Origin: Leucoraja ocellata
Taxonomy: Eukaryota
NCBI GenBank assembly: GCA_036785375.1
Contig: JAWMAR010000026.1
Span: 8,308,001-8,372,000 of the forward strand
DNA: 64,000 bases
Direction of reading: 5' to 3'
The first letter of the stretch is position 1, and every line of letters begins with the position of its first letter. The notes under the pieces are model-generated. The model was not told the DNA's origin. It worked only from the letters and a program-made list of their open reading frames with translations, and searched no databases. The position numbers were made by a program, and so were the translations under genes. Shown here piece by piece: positions 25,648 to 39,122 of the stretch.

Positions 25648-27861
25648 CTGCATGGAAGACAGCAGAGAAACGGAAACTAAAGCACACAACTGACTCAGAA
25701 CAACATGGCACAGTTCATCACAGGGATATGATAATCACTTACAGGTTCAGTTGCAATACCATCTCCAGCATCTATTAAGAACGTGCTGAGCCATAATCTT
25801 AAAGATAGATGAGAAAGATTTAAAGGTGACCTGAGGGCAAGTTTTTCCCCACAGAGTTTATTGGGAATATGGATCGATCTGCCAGAGAAAGTGTCAGAGG
25901 TGGCTACAATTGTAATGTTTAATAAACAGATGGACAGGTACAGGGATAGGATAAGTTTGGAAGGGGAGGGACCAAATGCAGGCAAATGGTACTAGTTCAG
26001 GAACGTATCTTGGTCAGCATGGAGGAGTTAGGCTGAATGGCATTTTATAACTTAAACCAGTGCAGGACATTTGGGGTGAAGTTCCTTTCACAAAACAATT
26101 GGGCACAAAGTAATAATTTCAGTCATTGACAATGAATAAAGGATGATGTGCTTCCTTGTAGAGCTGCTGAACAAATGTATTCACATACAGCTCATAACAC
26201 TTATAGCACATATACTGCAACAGCTCAGGGTGACAGAGTGCGTAGGTGTAGCAATATTAGCAAGAGGAGGAGAAGTAGAGCATACCTACTCAACCATTTA
26301 ATAACATCATGGCTGATCTGGTCTTCAAGCTTAATTCCATTATCTTGTCAGATCTCCTGTATCCTAGATTCCTTCATTGTACAAAAATCTATACATCCAT
26401 AATAACCCTGAATATATTTAACGATTTGTCATTATTATCTCTCTGGGGAAGAGAATTCCAAAGATTCACAACCCTTTGAGGAAAAAAAAACCTCATCCCG
26501 GTCCTGAAAAAAATAACTCCTTATCTAAAGTGTTTGTCGGAGTTCTATCTTCTGGGAGCTTGAAAGACCAGATGTCCAAACTTAAGAACAAGTTCTTCCC
26601 ACTGCTATCAGTCATTTTAACCAATTACCTCTGTTCAACCCCCTACCCAGAGGTGCTGCCTCTATTCATTTGTTCATTCCATTTATGCACTGTCATATTA
26701 TTTTGCACTACTTCACTAGTATAATCTTTGCACCATTCTGGTGCTTTGCTGTTGCATTTATTGTCGTATCTCTCATTACTGTGTTTATGATTTACTCTGT
26801 GAGCTTCATGAGAACAAGGAATTTCAATGCACTCTTTATGACAATAGACTAATGTGAATCTGAATACAAATCTGAGTTCTCGATCCATCAAGCAGGGAAA
26901 CATTCTAAAAACATCTACCCCACCAAGCTCTCTCAATATATCATGCTTCACCACATTCCTTGCAACTATGGAGAGCATATTCTGCTCAATCTGTTCTATA
27001 AAATACCCCTCTCATCAGAATATAGAATTGTACAGAAGAGGAATGGGCCCTTTGGGTCAGGGTGCTTGTGCCACACATGATGCTAAGTTAAACTAATTTC
27101 ATCTGCTTGTGCATGATCCATACCCCACTATCCCTTGCACTTCAATGCACTTATCTAAAAGCACCACTATTGTATGTGCCTCCACCACCAACCCTGGCAA
27201 TGCATTCCAGTCCCCCACCACTCTCTGTGTTAAAGACTTGCCCCACACATCTCCATTAAACTTTCCCCCTCTCACCTTATAGCTATGGTATTGGATATTT
27301 CCACCCTGGGCAAAAGGTTCTGACATTGTATGGGAATTTAGTGAAGTTGATCATCAGGAATCCAGAAACCATCCGAGCTGTGGAAAACTAAAAATGTACT
27401 CTAACTCGCTGCAACTGTCTGTGATAGAGGCTCCTCAGCGCGATTGTACAAGGCTCAATTATGCTGCAACCAAGTCCTTTATTTACTTTCTTATCCCCCT
27501 CCATCTTATCTTCAGCATGAAGCCTGCTTCTTGCTCCCATGGTGCAATTCCCCCCCAAACAGCTGGTAAGAAACCACTTCCTGATCCTGATGCCAACTGT
27601 CATTGTCAGTGGTTATACCTTTGTTCCATCCTGTTAAGTGCTGTTCAACTATTATACCCTGATATGTTTAACCATGAAAGCCCAACTGGCAAAAAACATG
27701 AACTGTTCTTGTTTGCTTCCAGGGTACCACCTGCCCTGTTGAATTTCAGCATTCTGTTTTCATGCCAAGATCAGGAACATTGCACGTCTCAAGTTCAATT
27801 AATGGAAAACACTCTCCCACCACCCGGCCATTAGATCTTCTGCACGGGGCGCCCGGCTCAC

Positions 27862-27952
27862 CTGAGGCGTTTGCTCTTTCTGCTTAGGAGCTCCATTGGA
27901 TCTCATGGAGCTCGATCTGTCCTGGGACTTTGCAAGTTTGGAGCTAGCGACA
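27862..27952 (-). CDS. HYDIN: HYDIN coding exon (short low-conservation linker)
   Basis: tttcacag|T GTC...CAG|gtgagc, 91 nt. Bridges phase 2 to phase 0 exactly as the neighbouring exons require. VASSKLAKSQDRSSSMRSNGAPKQKEQTPQ. Confidence 0.8.
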
Positions 27953-28142
27953 CTGTGAAATCCAGAAAAAAAGTTAACTGAAGAGGTTTGCAACATACCA
28001 AGTTATCCTGAATTGCAACACAACATAAATTAATTCTACACCTTGATCTTGTACCAGTACCATTCATTTTACTCTTACTGCTCTTTCCCTATGGCCAAAC
28101 AACCATATTCCTCTCAACATTATCCCCATCTCTTTCAAAAGT

Positions 28143-29060
28143 TGTGTAGGAAGCAACTGAAGATGCTGGTTTACACCGAAGATAGACACAAAATGCTGGA
28201 GTAACTCAGCGGGACAGGGAGCATCTCTGGACAGAAGGAATGGGTGACATTTTGGTCAAGACGTTTCTTCAGACTGAGAGTCAGGGGAAAGAGGCACGAG
28301 AGATATAGACAGCGATAGAGAGCAAAATAAAACATGGAAATAAAAGATACTGTATGCAAAAAAGTAACGATGATCAAGGAAGCAGCCCATTGTTAGCTGT
28401 GGGCTTGGTGAAAACGAGATATACATAGACAATGAAACTCACCAGCAAGCCAGTGAAACTAGTACAACAACTAGGGTGGGGGAGGGACGGAAAGAGAGGG
28501 GATGCAAGGGTAACTTGAAGTTAGAGTGTTCATATCGTTGGGTTGTAAGTTGCCTAAATGAAATATGAGGTACTGTTCCTCCAAGGCAGGGTGGAAAGAA
28601 GTGTAGTCTAGATAGTTGTGAGATTCAGTAGGTTTATAATAGACATCAGTCGATAGTCTATCTCTTGTGATGGAGATGGTGAGATCAAGAAAGTGGAAGG
28701 AGGTGTTGTCCAGTAGATGTTCCAAGTGAATTTGAGTACAGGATGGAAATTAGTTGTCAAGTCAGTGAAGCCAATGAGTTCTGCTTGTGTGCAGGAGACT
28801 GCACCATTGTAGTCGTCATTGTAGCTGAGATAGAGTTCTAGGATAGGGCCAGTGTACGCCTGAAATAGGGATAGTTTGACGTATCCTACAAAGAGGCTAT
28901 GCCTGGGTTTTGGAGGAAGTGGGAGTAGTCGAAGGAGAAGTTGTTGAGAGTAAGGACCAGCTCTGCTAGGCAAAGGAGAGTGTTGGTAGAGGAAAATTGG
29001 CTGGTTCTGTGGTCGAGGAAGAAATGGAGGGCTTTGGCTGTGGTCAAAGAAGAAACAGAG
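28143..29060 (-). mobile_element. Penelope-like element remnant with internal deletion
   Basis: RT motifs (YLSYNDD, FHPVLKFTW, FLDLTISI..DVYYKPTESHNYLDY) joined directly to the EN tail LEEQYLIFHLG; terminal unit at 28143-28277. Confidence 0.82.
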
Positions 29061-30188
29061 GGCTGTTATTGAAGCCCTTATAGACAGTGTTCCCAAATCG
29101 TATCAACTCTTTTCTTTCCTAACACCATCTCCAGTTCTCCTACCAGTTCCCTGAAATTGGATGAGTGAAATACACAGCTGGTGGACAGAAGCAGTATTTT
29201 GGCATGGACCAGTTTGGCTAGATGGTTTGTTTACACACTGTGCATTCTAAGCAATTTTAAACAGGCAATGTGAGGAGAAAATATGTAGCGCATGAAATCA
29301 AATTTTCTCTCTCCCAATACTAGAAATGTGGTGTAAACAGAGTTATAGGTTTTGGTAATGTGTTCTGGGAAGCTAGATGGAATACATTAATGCTCCTAAT
29401 TTGACAATAACTCGAGTTCATTTGACAACTCTACAGAGAGGTAGCAGAATGGTTATCGCAGGAATCGGAGAAATATCACACTGGTATGGATGACAGGAGC
29501 CTTTGGAGTTAAGGCACAGAAGATGGAGAATTCCTATCTGTGCAAAGTCATTTATGTGGTAGGAATTGGAGCATACCACTAATAATAAAAGCAGAACTCA
29601 CTCCAATGGCAGTAGACAAGACACTGCTCCTGCTTTGTGCCCAGTGGTCTGTTAAGCATAAAATCAGAAGCATTTTGTATGACAGAACAGAACTGTGCAT
29701 TCTGAACTTCTGGTTGGTGGATGGTGAACATTTCTGGTTGGTGGATGGTTCCTCATACCTGAGGGTAGAGCAACAACCAATCTTGTGGAGGAAGTCAACA
29801 GGTTAAGCAGTATCTTTGAGAGGTGGGGAGGGGAAGGAACTGTTCACGCTTCGGGTCAAAACCTTGCATCAGTAACCAAAGTAAAGCATAGACTAAGCGT
29901 AAACCAGAAATCCATCCTTCTGGCCAGTGCACAAAATGACCCCAAATTTAGGTTTCTTTGCAACTCCTCAGCTAACGCCAAGACGTGGGAGTTACTGGAG
30001 AGTGACTAGGGGTGGGATATCTGAGCCAGGATCCTCCTCTCCAAATCCAGGGGCATTAAAAGCTGTTATGATATCGCAAGAGTGAGAAATTCTCCTGGAA
30101 GAAATCGTAAACAGAGCAAAGACTGATGGAACTGAAAGCACCTCCACCAAATTGTAGTTGAGGAATAATCGGAAGGGACTTTCCATAC

Positions 30189-30427
30189 CTCTTCTTTCCC
30201 TGGTGTGACGCCATGATGGGCATTTTAAAGATGTAGTACTTGAACTCAAATTCGCCAGTGTTTTCAAGAGTGAAGGTGCGGTTCCTTCGGCCACCAACCA
30301 GCACAGTGCCAAAGTTGAGCTCCCTGGCAGGCAGCATCCGATATGTACTGAAGACAGCACGGACGGAGATTTTCACTGGAATGCTGGCAATGACCTCTCC
30401 TCCTTCAGCCAAGGTGGGTTCAATCAC
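30189..30427 (-). CDS. HYDIN: HYDIN coding exon
   Basis: actacag|GTG...AAG AG|gtatgg, 239 nt. VIEPTLAEGGEVIASIPVKIS...LNFGTVLVGGRRNRTFTLENTGEFEFKY. Confidence 0.95.
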
Positions 30428-30923
30428 CTGTAGTCATAAAGAGAAGATAATGTATTGATGGTCCAAACAAACATCCCTCATTCAGTTAGTTTTATGGACC
30501 ACTAACTGTATAAATCCAAATAAAATCCAGCCAAGAGATATGAAGATTCCCTTAAAAAAGAGTAAAATTAACAGCAAGGTGACAAACCAGGAGGAGCTTC
30601 AGCATATCTTGTTCAATGAAATACCTGCAAAAGTGGGCAGTACCAATCATTATACAGCATGGCTGGACAGATGTGAAGCTCTTCAGTTCTATCTATGGTC
30701 CCAAGCGTAAATTGATAGCAACCAAGGCCAAACTACTCGGCACTGGAGGTATTTGGAAAGGGAGGGCATAATTAGTTCACAAAGATTGCGCACCTGGTCA
30801 TTTTCTGGTGATCAGGTTCAGGGTTCCTGAATTCATAGAATAACACATTAATCTATGACTCTTACATAATTCATAGATTTATTTATTATATGATCTTCAA
30901 TTCAACGTGCTCCTTCTGATCAT

Positions 30924-31260
30924 GCGGCATGGTGGCGCAGCGGTAGGGGGCGGCACTGTGAACAGCGGTAGAGTTGCTGCCTAACTGCGCCAGGTTTGAT
31001 CCTGACCATGGGTGCTGACTGTGCAGAGTTTGTACGTTCTCCCCGTGACCTGCCTGGGTTTTCTCCAAGATCTTCGGTTTCCTCCCACACTCCAAAGATG
31101 TACAGGTTTGTAGGATCAATTGGCTTGCTAAAATGTAAATTGTCCGTAGTGTGTGTAGGATCGTGTTAATGTGTGGGGATCGCTGGTCGGCACGGACTCG
31201 GCGGGCAGAAGGACCTGTTTCTGCGCAGTAACTCTAAAACTAAAAACTAAAAACTAAAAC
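30924..31260 (+). mobile_element. tRNA-derived V-SINE (HE1-like), near full length, with duplicated head
   Basis: A-box-like ggtggcgcagcggtag, V-domain gtttgtacgttctcccc..ggtttcctcccacactccaaaga, and (ctaaaaa)n tail. Confidence 0.85.
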
Positions 31261-31900
31261 GCCAACCAACACTAATCCCATCAGCCTGCTTTTGGCCCAC
31301 ATCCCTTCAAATATTTCCCTATCCACATACCTGACCAAATGTCTTTTAAACATTATAATTGTACCCGCCTCTCAAACTCCATTTGGCCGCTTGTTCCATA
31401 TACCCATCACCCTCTCTGTGAAAAAAAACATGCACCCTGGGTCCTCTTTAAATCTTTCCCCTCAACTTAAGATCCATGTCCTCTAGTTTTAGACTCTACT
31501 ATTCTGGGAAAACACTGTGAACCTTATCTATGCGGCCATAAGTTTATAAACCTCTATAACATTACTCCTCAGCCTCCTTCGCTCCAGGAAATAATGGCCA
31601 ACCTTAATAATTGCTTATTATATCTCAAGCCATCCAGTCCTAGCAACATGTAGATATTTCTGCACCCTATCTATCCTATGTCTATGATTTGCAGCAGTTG
31701 CAAGAGGTAAAGAAAACCACCAATGTATAGGTGTTACCCTACTACACAGGAACATGCTCTAAATCTTGACTTTTTTTACTCTTGCAATACCTTCTCCATT
31801 TGAAGAACAAAAGGGAATCAAAGTGTATCGGGGGGGGGGGGGGGGGGGGAGATTGTAAAATGTGAATGCTGGAAACCAGCCATCACCAAGTCGGATGAAG

Positions 31901-32037
31901 TGTGTAGGAAGGAACTGCAGATGCTGATTTAAACCGGAGATAGACACAAAATGTTGGGAGTAAATCAGCGGGTCAGGCAGCATCTCTGGAGAAAAGGAAT
32001 AGGTGACGTTTCGGGTCGAGACCCTTCTTCAGATTGA
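31901..32037 (-). mobile_element. Short Penelope-terminus unit with intact hammerhead-like core (32005-32032)
   Basis: Minus strand: CTGAAGAAGGGTCTCGACCCGAAACGTCacctattcc...cagcatctgcagttccttcctacaca. Confidence 0.8.
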
Positions 32038-32214
32038 GTCAAGGGAAAGGGAAACAAGAGATATAGACAGTGATGTAGATAGATATAGATCAAATTGATT
32101 AAAGATATGCAAAAAAGTAATGATGATAAAGGAAACACGCCATTGTTACCTGTATGCTATGTGAGAACGAGTGCAGACAATGAGGCTCCACAAGGCGACT
32201 TTGAAGCAAGTTGT

Positions 32215-33010
32215 ACCAGCTTCAAAGTCTTGCACTTTGGAAAGTCAAATATAAGGGGAAAGTTTAGGTTATTTGCAGGACCCTGAACAGCATTGATGTA
32301 CATATGGATCAAGGGGGGTAAGTCCGTAGCTCACGGAAAGTAGTAACACGTAGGGAGTGTGGTTAAAAGGGATATGGAATGCTTGCATTTGTCAGTCAGG
32401 GCATTGAGTATTAGTCAGGTAGTCATGATACAGTTATATAAGACTTTGGTTGGGCCACATTTAGATTACTGTGTGTAAGTTTTTTTTGTCCCATTACAAG
32501 AAAAATGTGGAGACATTGCAGAGGGTGCAGATGATGTTTACCAAATTGCCACCCTGGGTTAGAGGGTATTGGAATGGCTGAAGAAACGTGAAATGGTTTG
32601 TTTGGAGAGTTGGAGACTGAGGGGAGACCTGTTAGAAGTTTACAAAATTATGAGAAGCATAGATAGGGAATATAGTCAGAGCCTTTACCCTAGGGTAAAT
32701 ATCAAATACAAGAGGATATAGCTTGAAGGTGAGAGGGAAGGAAGTTTAAAAATGTGCGGGGCAAGTTTTTTTTACACAGTGAGTGGAGCATGCCTGTAAC
32801 ACCTCACCAGAGGTGGTGGAGGAAGTAGATAAGACAGTAGCATTTAAGAGTGATTTAGATAAGTATAAGGGAATGGAGGGATACGGATCACATGCAGGCA
32901 GAAGGGAATAGGTTAATTTGGCATTTTATTCAACAGAGATATTGGGGGCCTGTGTTGTGCTCAGTCATGTCCTGTCCTGTCCTGTTCCTGTCCTGTGCTG
33001 TTCTATGTTC
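32215..33010 (+). mobile_element. Older CR1 3' fragment
   Basis: Decayed LYKTLVGPHLDYC and EVYKIMR segments. Confidence 0.75.
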
Positions 33011-33261
33011 TTAATACCAGGTAAAGATGAGAGAAAATATATTCGGTAATGAGTAGTATGTGTTATATCAAGTTATTGTCAACTGATATGAGTTGGGAAA
33101 AGTTGTGCAAAAAATTGGGTAATATTCAAAGAGCAAAAAGGAAATCAGCATATTTTAATTTGCATGTTACCTGGACACCTGCTTGATTGGAAAATGCAGC
33201 TAGCGAAAAAGACTGAAATGCAAGGAGTGGGAATTACCTGGAAACAACTATTTGATCTAAC

Positions 33262-33430
33262 CTGGCAGCGTAGAATAGGCTCATCCTTGATGTGTGTGCT
33301 TATGCTGCTGCGGAAAATTATGTAGATATGACTGGCACGATCATTCGGAGCCAGAGACCCTTTATTCGGCTGAATGTTGAATAGAGAATTCACATCTGGC
33401 ATGTCGCGCTTTGTGGATTGGAGTTGAAAT
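33262..33430 (-). CDS. HYDIN: HYDIN coding exon
   Basis: cttgccag|A TTT...CAG|gttaga, 169 nt. FQLQSTKRDMPDVNSLFNIQPNKGSLAPND...EPILRCQ. Confidence 0.92.
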
Positions 33431-33734
33431 CTGGCAAGAAAAAATTTAACTTTTACAAGCTTGAACAAAGTAACTGACATAAAAATGTAAGCGGAATGTA
33501 ATCCTTTGAATTCACAGTAATGCATCCAGAGGACATATCTCCTCACCCATCTGTTTAGTGGGACTGTTCCCTCTGTGATTCTCGTGTTCACTCCCAATTC
33601 CACGAATATTCGTTCCATTTTTCACAGCTGCTTCCCATCCTACCACAGGAGTTGGCCCTTGCTAACCATCAAACACCCATTTACACTAATTCTACATTGA
33701 TCCTATTTTTTATTCCTTCTATGTTTCTTTTTTT

Positions 33735-34262
33735 ATAATAAAAACAAACTTTATTCAAGTAAAAAATATGTGTAATACAGGAACTGTGAACAATTCTTCT
33801 GATATTATCAGCTATGCATTGTGTTTACACAAATTACACAATTTTACCCCACACCCTTGCCACTTATGTGGCCCTCTGGCATGAACACCCTTCCCATATT
33901 TGAGGGGCATCTCCACCACACCCTGCTCCCCCAATGCCCAGCATCAGAAGGACCCTAGACTGTTGCCCTCCCCCACAGAGCCTTGGCTGCGCCATGCTTC
34001 AGTGCTTCCCTCAGCATGTACTCCTGCAGTCTGGAGCGGGCCAGTTGGCAACATTCCCTGACAGACTGCTGGGAGGACAACAAAATTCGGGCAGACCAGA
34101 GGGTGTCTTTCACCGAGTTGACGATCTTACAGCAGCACTTGATGTCTGTCTCTGAATGCGTCCCTGGAAACAGTTCGTAAATCATAGAGTTATCTCTTAT
34201 GGAGCTGTTTGGAATAAACCGTGACAGGGACCCTTGCAAACTTCAGACACTCTTTGCAAATC
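33735..34262 (-). mobile_element. Tx1/L1-group LINE 3' fragment
   Basis: ORF 33955-34239 (IVNSVKDTLWSAR..ECCQLARSRLQEYMLREALK..WGRATV), then a 3'UTR with AATAAA and an A-rich tail on the minus strand. Confidence 0.7.
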
Positions 34263-34878
34263 CATATAGAGGTGGGCAACTGCCTCTGGGAACTCCCTCT
34301 ACATTCGATGATTCAACTACACAGTAAGGACAAATTATAGTGGCTAAATAACCTAGAAACCCCTCCACCTTTGGGATGTGGCAGGCAGAGGTCACATCTA
34401 AGCGGTCACAGGGAGAATGTGCAAACTGTAGACAATGGCAGATGCTAGGATTGAAATCACGTCCCGAGCAAACAAAAATGTTGGAGGAACTCAGCAGGCC
34501 AGGCAACATCTATGGAGGGAATGACAGATTATGTTATCAGTCGTGTTCCTTCTTCAGACGGATGGCGTAGGTTTATTGTGCATATGCCAATAAACTCGAC
34601 TGGACTTGAAACACTCAGCAGGTCGGAAAGATTCCATAGATAGAGGAATGGAGTTAACATTCAGGTTCTGGTCTTCAAGTTAAAACACTGTTTTTCTCTC
34701 TCAGATGCCTAAGTAGTTGAGTGCTTCATGCATTTAATGTTTTTATTTCAGAATTCCATCATCTGGAGATTTTTTATTTCAAATACAACATCCCTTTTTG
34801 GCAAATCCGAGGGAAGCAACTCTGCTTTTTGATCTATAATTTATCATCAGACTACTTGAGGAGAAACAGAAAAAGTAC

Positions 34879-34978
34879 CTGTATGCAATCTCATATTTTC
34901 CTTTGTTCTTCAACGTGATAGTCTGTTTCACGGTATCGATAACTTTAATGATACCAAAATCAATCCCGCCATCTGCAC
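34879..34978 (-). CDS. HYDIN: HYDIN coding exon
   Basis: aataaag|GT...TAC AG|gtactt, 100 nt. GADGGIDFGIIKVIDTVKQTITLKNKGKYEIAY. Confidence 0.92.
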
Positions 34979-35177
34979 CTTTATTGCAGAATCAAGAATA
35001 AGATGTTAATATATATATCTCTTCAACATAACCGCTGCAGCAATGGAAATGTACGTGGAGAGGAGGAAGCTGATGAGGAGTTGGTTTAATAGTGCATGGC
35101 CTCTGGCCAATACATTACAAACTATACCGTGTGGCTGAGTCTGGATTCCAGCTGGACGGAAGACTGAAGGTAGACAT

Positions 35178-35264
35178 AGACACAAAGGAACTCAGCGGGA
35201 CAGGCAGCATTTCTGGAAAGAAGGAATCGATGACGTTTCGGGTCGAGACCCTTCTTCAGACTGA
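35178..35264 (-). mobile_element. Short Penelope-terminus unit with intact hammerhead-like core (35232-35259)
   Basis: Minus strand: cagtCTGAAGAAGGGTCTCGACCCGAAACGTCatcg. Confidence 0.75.
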
Positions 35265-35796
35265 ATGAGTAAGTGTTGCAGGATAATCAAACTGATGATT
35301 TGGGGAGCAACCCACAGGGGCAACCCTGAGCTTGCCGTTGCCGCCACTTTAATTTTCCACCCCACTTGTGTGTAAGCGCCTGTTCCTCTATATCCTGTCT
35401 GGTATCGTAGATTGTGAAAATCGTTATTGTTATGATTAGTGTTGCCTTGAAGTCTATGTTCAAGATAAATAATGGAGACTTCACTATGTATCATGGTTCT
35501 GTTTTAATAGTTCCAACTATTGTATGGCTTCTACAGGCTGCTCTTTCTGCATCTGTTCCTGCACTTTCCAGATCACATGTCCTTAAAAGTTGGTCATGCA
35601 CTTAAATTTGTATGTCACAACCCAGTTTCAATTGTAACAGTATAACAATTCTTAAAGAAATACAGCAGGCTCCTGATCAGCTGGCCAAGTGGGCTGAGGA
35701 ATGGCTAAATGGAGTTTAATGCAAATAAGGTCAGGAGCTTTTTTGTGAATGGTAGGGCCCTGGGAGTGTTATAGAGCAGAGGGATCTTGGCGTACA

Positions 35797-36535
35797 GGTA
35801 GACAAAAATGCTGGAGAAACTCAGCGGGTGAGGCAACATCTATGGAGTGAAGGAATAGGTGACATTTCGAGTCGACACCCTTCTTCAGACTGATGTGAGG
35901 GTGGGGTGGGGGGTGGGGGGGGGGGAGGGGAGGCGGGAAGAAGAAAGGAAGAGGCGGAGACAGTGGGCTGAGGGAGAGCTGGGCAGGGGAGGGGGATGTG
36001 GGAGAAAGCAAGGACTGAAATTGGAGGTCAATGTTCATACCGCTGGGGTGTAAACTGCCCAAGCGAAATATGAGGTGCTGCTCCTCCAATTTGCGATGGG
36101 ACTCACTCTGGCCATGGAGGAGGCCCAGGACAGAATGGTCAGATTTGCAATGGGAGGGGGAGTTGAAGTGCTGAGCCACCAGGAGATCAGGTTGGTTAAT
36201 GCGAACTGAGCGGATGTGTTGGGCGAAGCGATCGCCAAGCCTGCGCTTGGTCTCACCGATGTAAAGCAGTTGACACCTAAAACAGCGGATGCAATAGATG
36301 AAGTTGGAGGAGGTGCAGGTGAACCTCTGCCTCGCGTGGAAAGACTGCTTGGGTCCTTGGATAGAGTCGAGGGGGGAGGTAAAGCGACAAGTGTAGAGTT
36401 TCCTGCAGTTGCAAGTGAAAGTACCAAGCAAGGGGGTGGTTTGGGTGGGAAGGGATGAATTGACCAGGGTGTTATGGAGGGAGCGGTCTCTGCAGAAAGC
36501 CGAAAGTGGAGGAGATGGTTAGATGTGGCCAGTAA
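35797..36535 (-). mobile_element. Penelope-like element 3' part: GIY-YIG endonuclease plus terminal unit
   Basis: ORF 35769-36431: FTCTSSNFIYCIRC..LLYIGETKRRLGDRFAQH..VAQHFN..RKLEEQHLIFRLGSLHPSGMNID. Confidence 0.92.
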
Positions 36536-36606
36536 CTCCTTGGACAATTCATCCCTTCCCAATCAAACCACCCCTTCTCTCCTGGTACTTTCCCTTGCAA
36601 CCGGGC

Positions 36607-38392
36607 TGGGCTTGTATACTTTAGAAGGATGAGAGGAGATCTTATTGAAACATGTAAGATTATTAAGGGTTTCGACACACTACAGGCAGGAAACATGTTC
36701 CCGATGTTGGGATAGTCGAGAACCGGGGACCACAGTTTAAGAATAAGGGGTAAGCCATTTGGAACGGAGATGAGGAACAACATTTTCACACACAGAGTTG
36801 TGAGTCTGTGGAATTCCCTGTCTCCGAGGGGGTTGTGGAGGCTGGTTCTCTGGATGCTTTCAAAAGATAGCTAGACAGAGATCTTAACTGCTAGAGTCAG
36901 TTATTAAAGATGGGATAGCAGCACATTTGGAAAGTGGTGAAATCATTGGACAAAGTCAGCATGGATTTACGAAAGGTAAATCATGTTTGACGAATCTTAT
37001 AGAATTTTCGAGGATGTAACTAGTAGTGTGGATAGGGGAGAACCAGTGGATGTGGTGTACCTGGACTTCCAGAAGGCTTTCGACTAGGTCCCACATAAGA
37101 GATTAGTATGCAAACTTAAAGCACACGGCATTGGGAGTTCAGTATTGATGTGGATAGAGAACTGGCTGGCAAACAGGAAGCAAAGAGTGGGAGTAAACGG
37201 GTCCTTTTCACAATGGCAGGCAGTGACTAGTGGGGTACCGCAAGGCTCAGTGCTAGGACCCCAGCTATTTACAATACATATTAATGATCTGGATGAGGGA
37301 ATTGAAGGCAATATGTCCAAGTTTGCGGATGACACTAAGCTGGGGGGCAGTGTTAGCTGTGAGGAGGATGTTAGGAGACTGCAAGGTGACTTGTATAGGC
37401 TGGGTGGAGTGGGCAAATGTTTGGCAGATGCAGTATAATGTGGATAAGTGTGAGGTTATGCATTTTGGTGGCAAAAACAGGAAAGCAGACTATTATCTAA
37501 ATGGTGGCCGACTAGGAAAAGGGGAGATGCAGCGAGACCTGGGTGTCATGGTACACCAGTCATTGAAAGTAGGCATGCAGGTGCAGCAGGCAGTGAAGAA
37601 AGCGAATGGTATGTTAGCTTTCATAGTAAAAGGATTTGAGTATAGGAGCAGGGAGGTTCTACTGCAGTTGTACAGGGTCTTGGTGAGACCACACCTGGAG
37701 TATTGCGTACAGATTTGGTTTCCAAATCTGAGGAAGGACATTCTTGCCATAGAGGGAGTGCAGAGAAGGTTCACCAGACTGATTCCTGGGATGTCAGGAC
37801 TGTCTTATGAAGAAAGACTGGATAGACTTGGTTTATACTCTCTAGAATTTAGGAGACTGAGAGCGGATCTTATAGAAACTTACAAAATTCTTAAGGGGGT
37901 GGACAGGCTAGATGCAGGAAGATTGCTCCCGATGTTGGGGAAGTCCAGGACAAGGGGTCACAGCTTAAGGATAAGGGGGAAATCCTTTAAAACCGAGATG
38001 AGAAGAACTTTTTTCACACAGAGAGTGGTGAATCTCTGGAACTCTCTGCCGCAGAGGGTAGTCGAGGCCAGTTCATTGGCTATATTTAAGAGGGAGTTAG
38101 ACGTGGCCCTTGTGGCTAAGGCGATCAGAGGGTATGGAGAGAAGGCAGGTACGGGATACTGAGTTGGATGATCAGCCATGATCATATTGAATGGCGGTGC
38201 AGGCTCGAAGGCCGAATGGCTTACTCCTGCACCTAATTTCTATGTTTCTATGTTAAAGATAGCGGAGTCAAGGGGGATATGGGAAGAAGGCAGGAACAGG
38301 GTACTGATTGTGGATGATTAGCAATAATCACATTGAATGGCAGTGCTGGCTCGAGGGGCCAAATGGCCTACTCCAGCATCTTTGTCTATTGA
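36607..38392 (+). mobile_element. CR1 3' fragment (36607-36888 plus 38252-38392) interrupted by a younger CR1 (36889-38251)
   Basis: The inner copy has [21 protein letters not shown], a 292-aa open C-terminus and a (tttctatg)n tail. The outer copy resumes at ttaaagatagcggagtc. Confidence 0.9.
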
Positions 38393-38631
38393 TGCAAAAC
38401 TTTGGAGTTCTCCACCTGAGAGTTTGTTGAGTACTCAGTCATTGACGGTGAGTAGATCTTTGTATTGTTAGGGGCTGAAGATAAATCAACGAGTGGGTAA
38501 GTGGATGAGATATACAGTTTATCCGGATCTTATGCAAAGAGCCAGCTCTTGCTTCAATTTTTACCGTTACTATTGTCTTTCCTGACATGAGCTCATTCTG
38601 TGAATCAGCACTGCAGCAATAGCAACCTTAC

Positions 38632-38731
38632 CTTTAGGGAAACTGATGTCCAGAGCCACATCATAAGCTTCTGCAAGGATCAGTATGTTTTCCGTTTGAA
38701 CAATGCCGAGAATGTTATCTGCATCATAGAC
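38632..38731 (-). CDS. HYDIN: HYDIN coding exon
   Basis: ctctcctgag|GTC...AAA G|gtaagg, 100 nt. VYDADNILGIVQTENILILAEAYDVALDISFPK. Confidence 0.93.
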
Positions 38732-38910
38732 CTCAGGAGAGGGCAAGCAAAATGATAACATGAAAACATAAACACACACTTGATATCCACTGATTGGACC
38801 AGATGGTGAATGCTAGTTGAGGACTAATTAAGCATGATCTAATTATATGTTATACTCTTGTTGCTACACAGCATTCATTAACTTCAACAAAGCACTCTCA
38901 TTACAAGAGA

Positions 38911-39122
38911 AGACACAGAGTGCTGGAGTAATTCAGTGGATCAGGCAACATCTTAGCAGAATATCAACATTTCAAGTCAGGACGCTTCTTCAGCTGAAAA
39001 ACGCCTCCCATCCTGAAATGGTGGCCATCCGTGTTCTCCTGTGATGCTGCCAGATCTGCTGAGCTACTCCAGCATTCTATGTCTTCTTTTCTAAATCAGA
39101 AACTGCAGCTTCTTGTTTCTAC
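38911..39122. mobile_element. Degenerate fold-back Penelope-terminus element
   Basis: agacacagagtgctggagta ... tactccagcattctatgtct arms, centred on cttcttcag|ctgaaaa. Confidence 0.65.

Noticed and set aside
30924-31010. tRNA-like A/B box sequence
   Set aside because: Head of a SINE followed by V-domain and tail; no cloverleaf.
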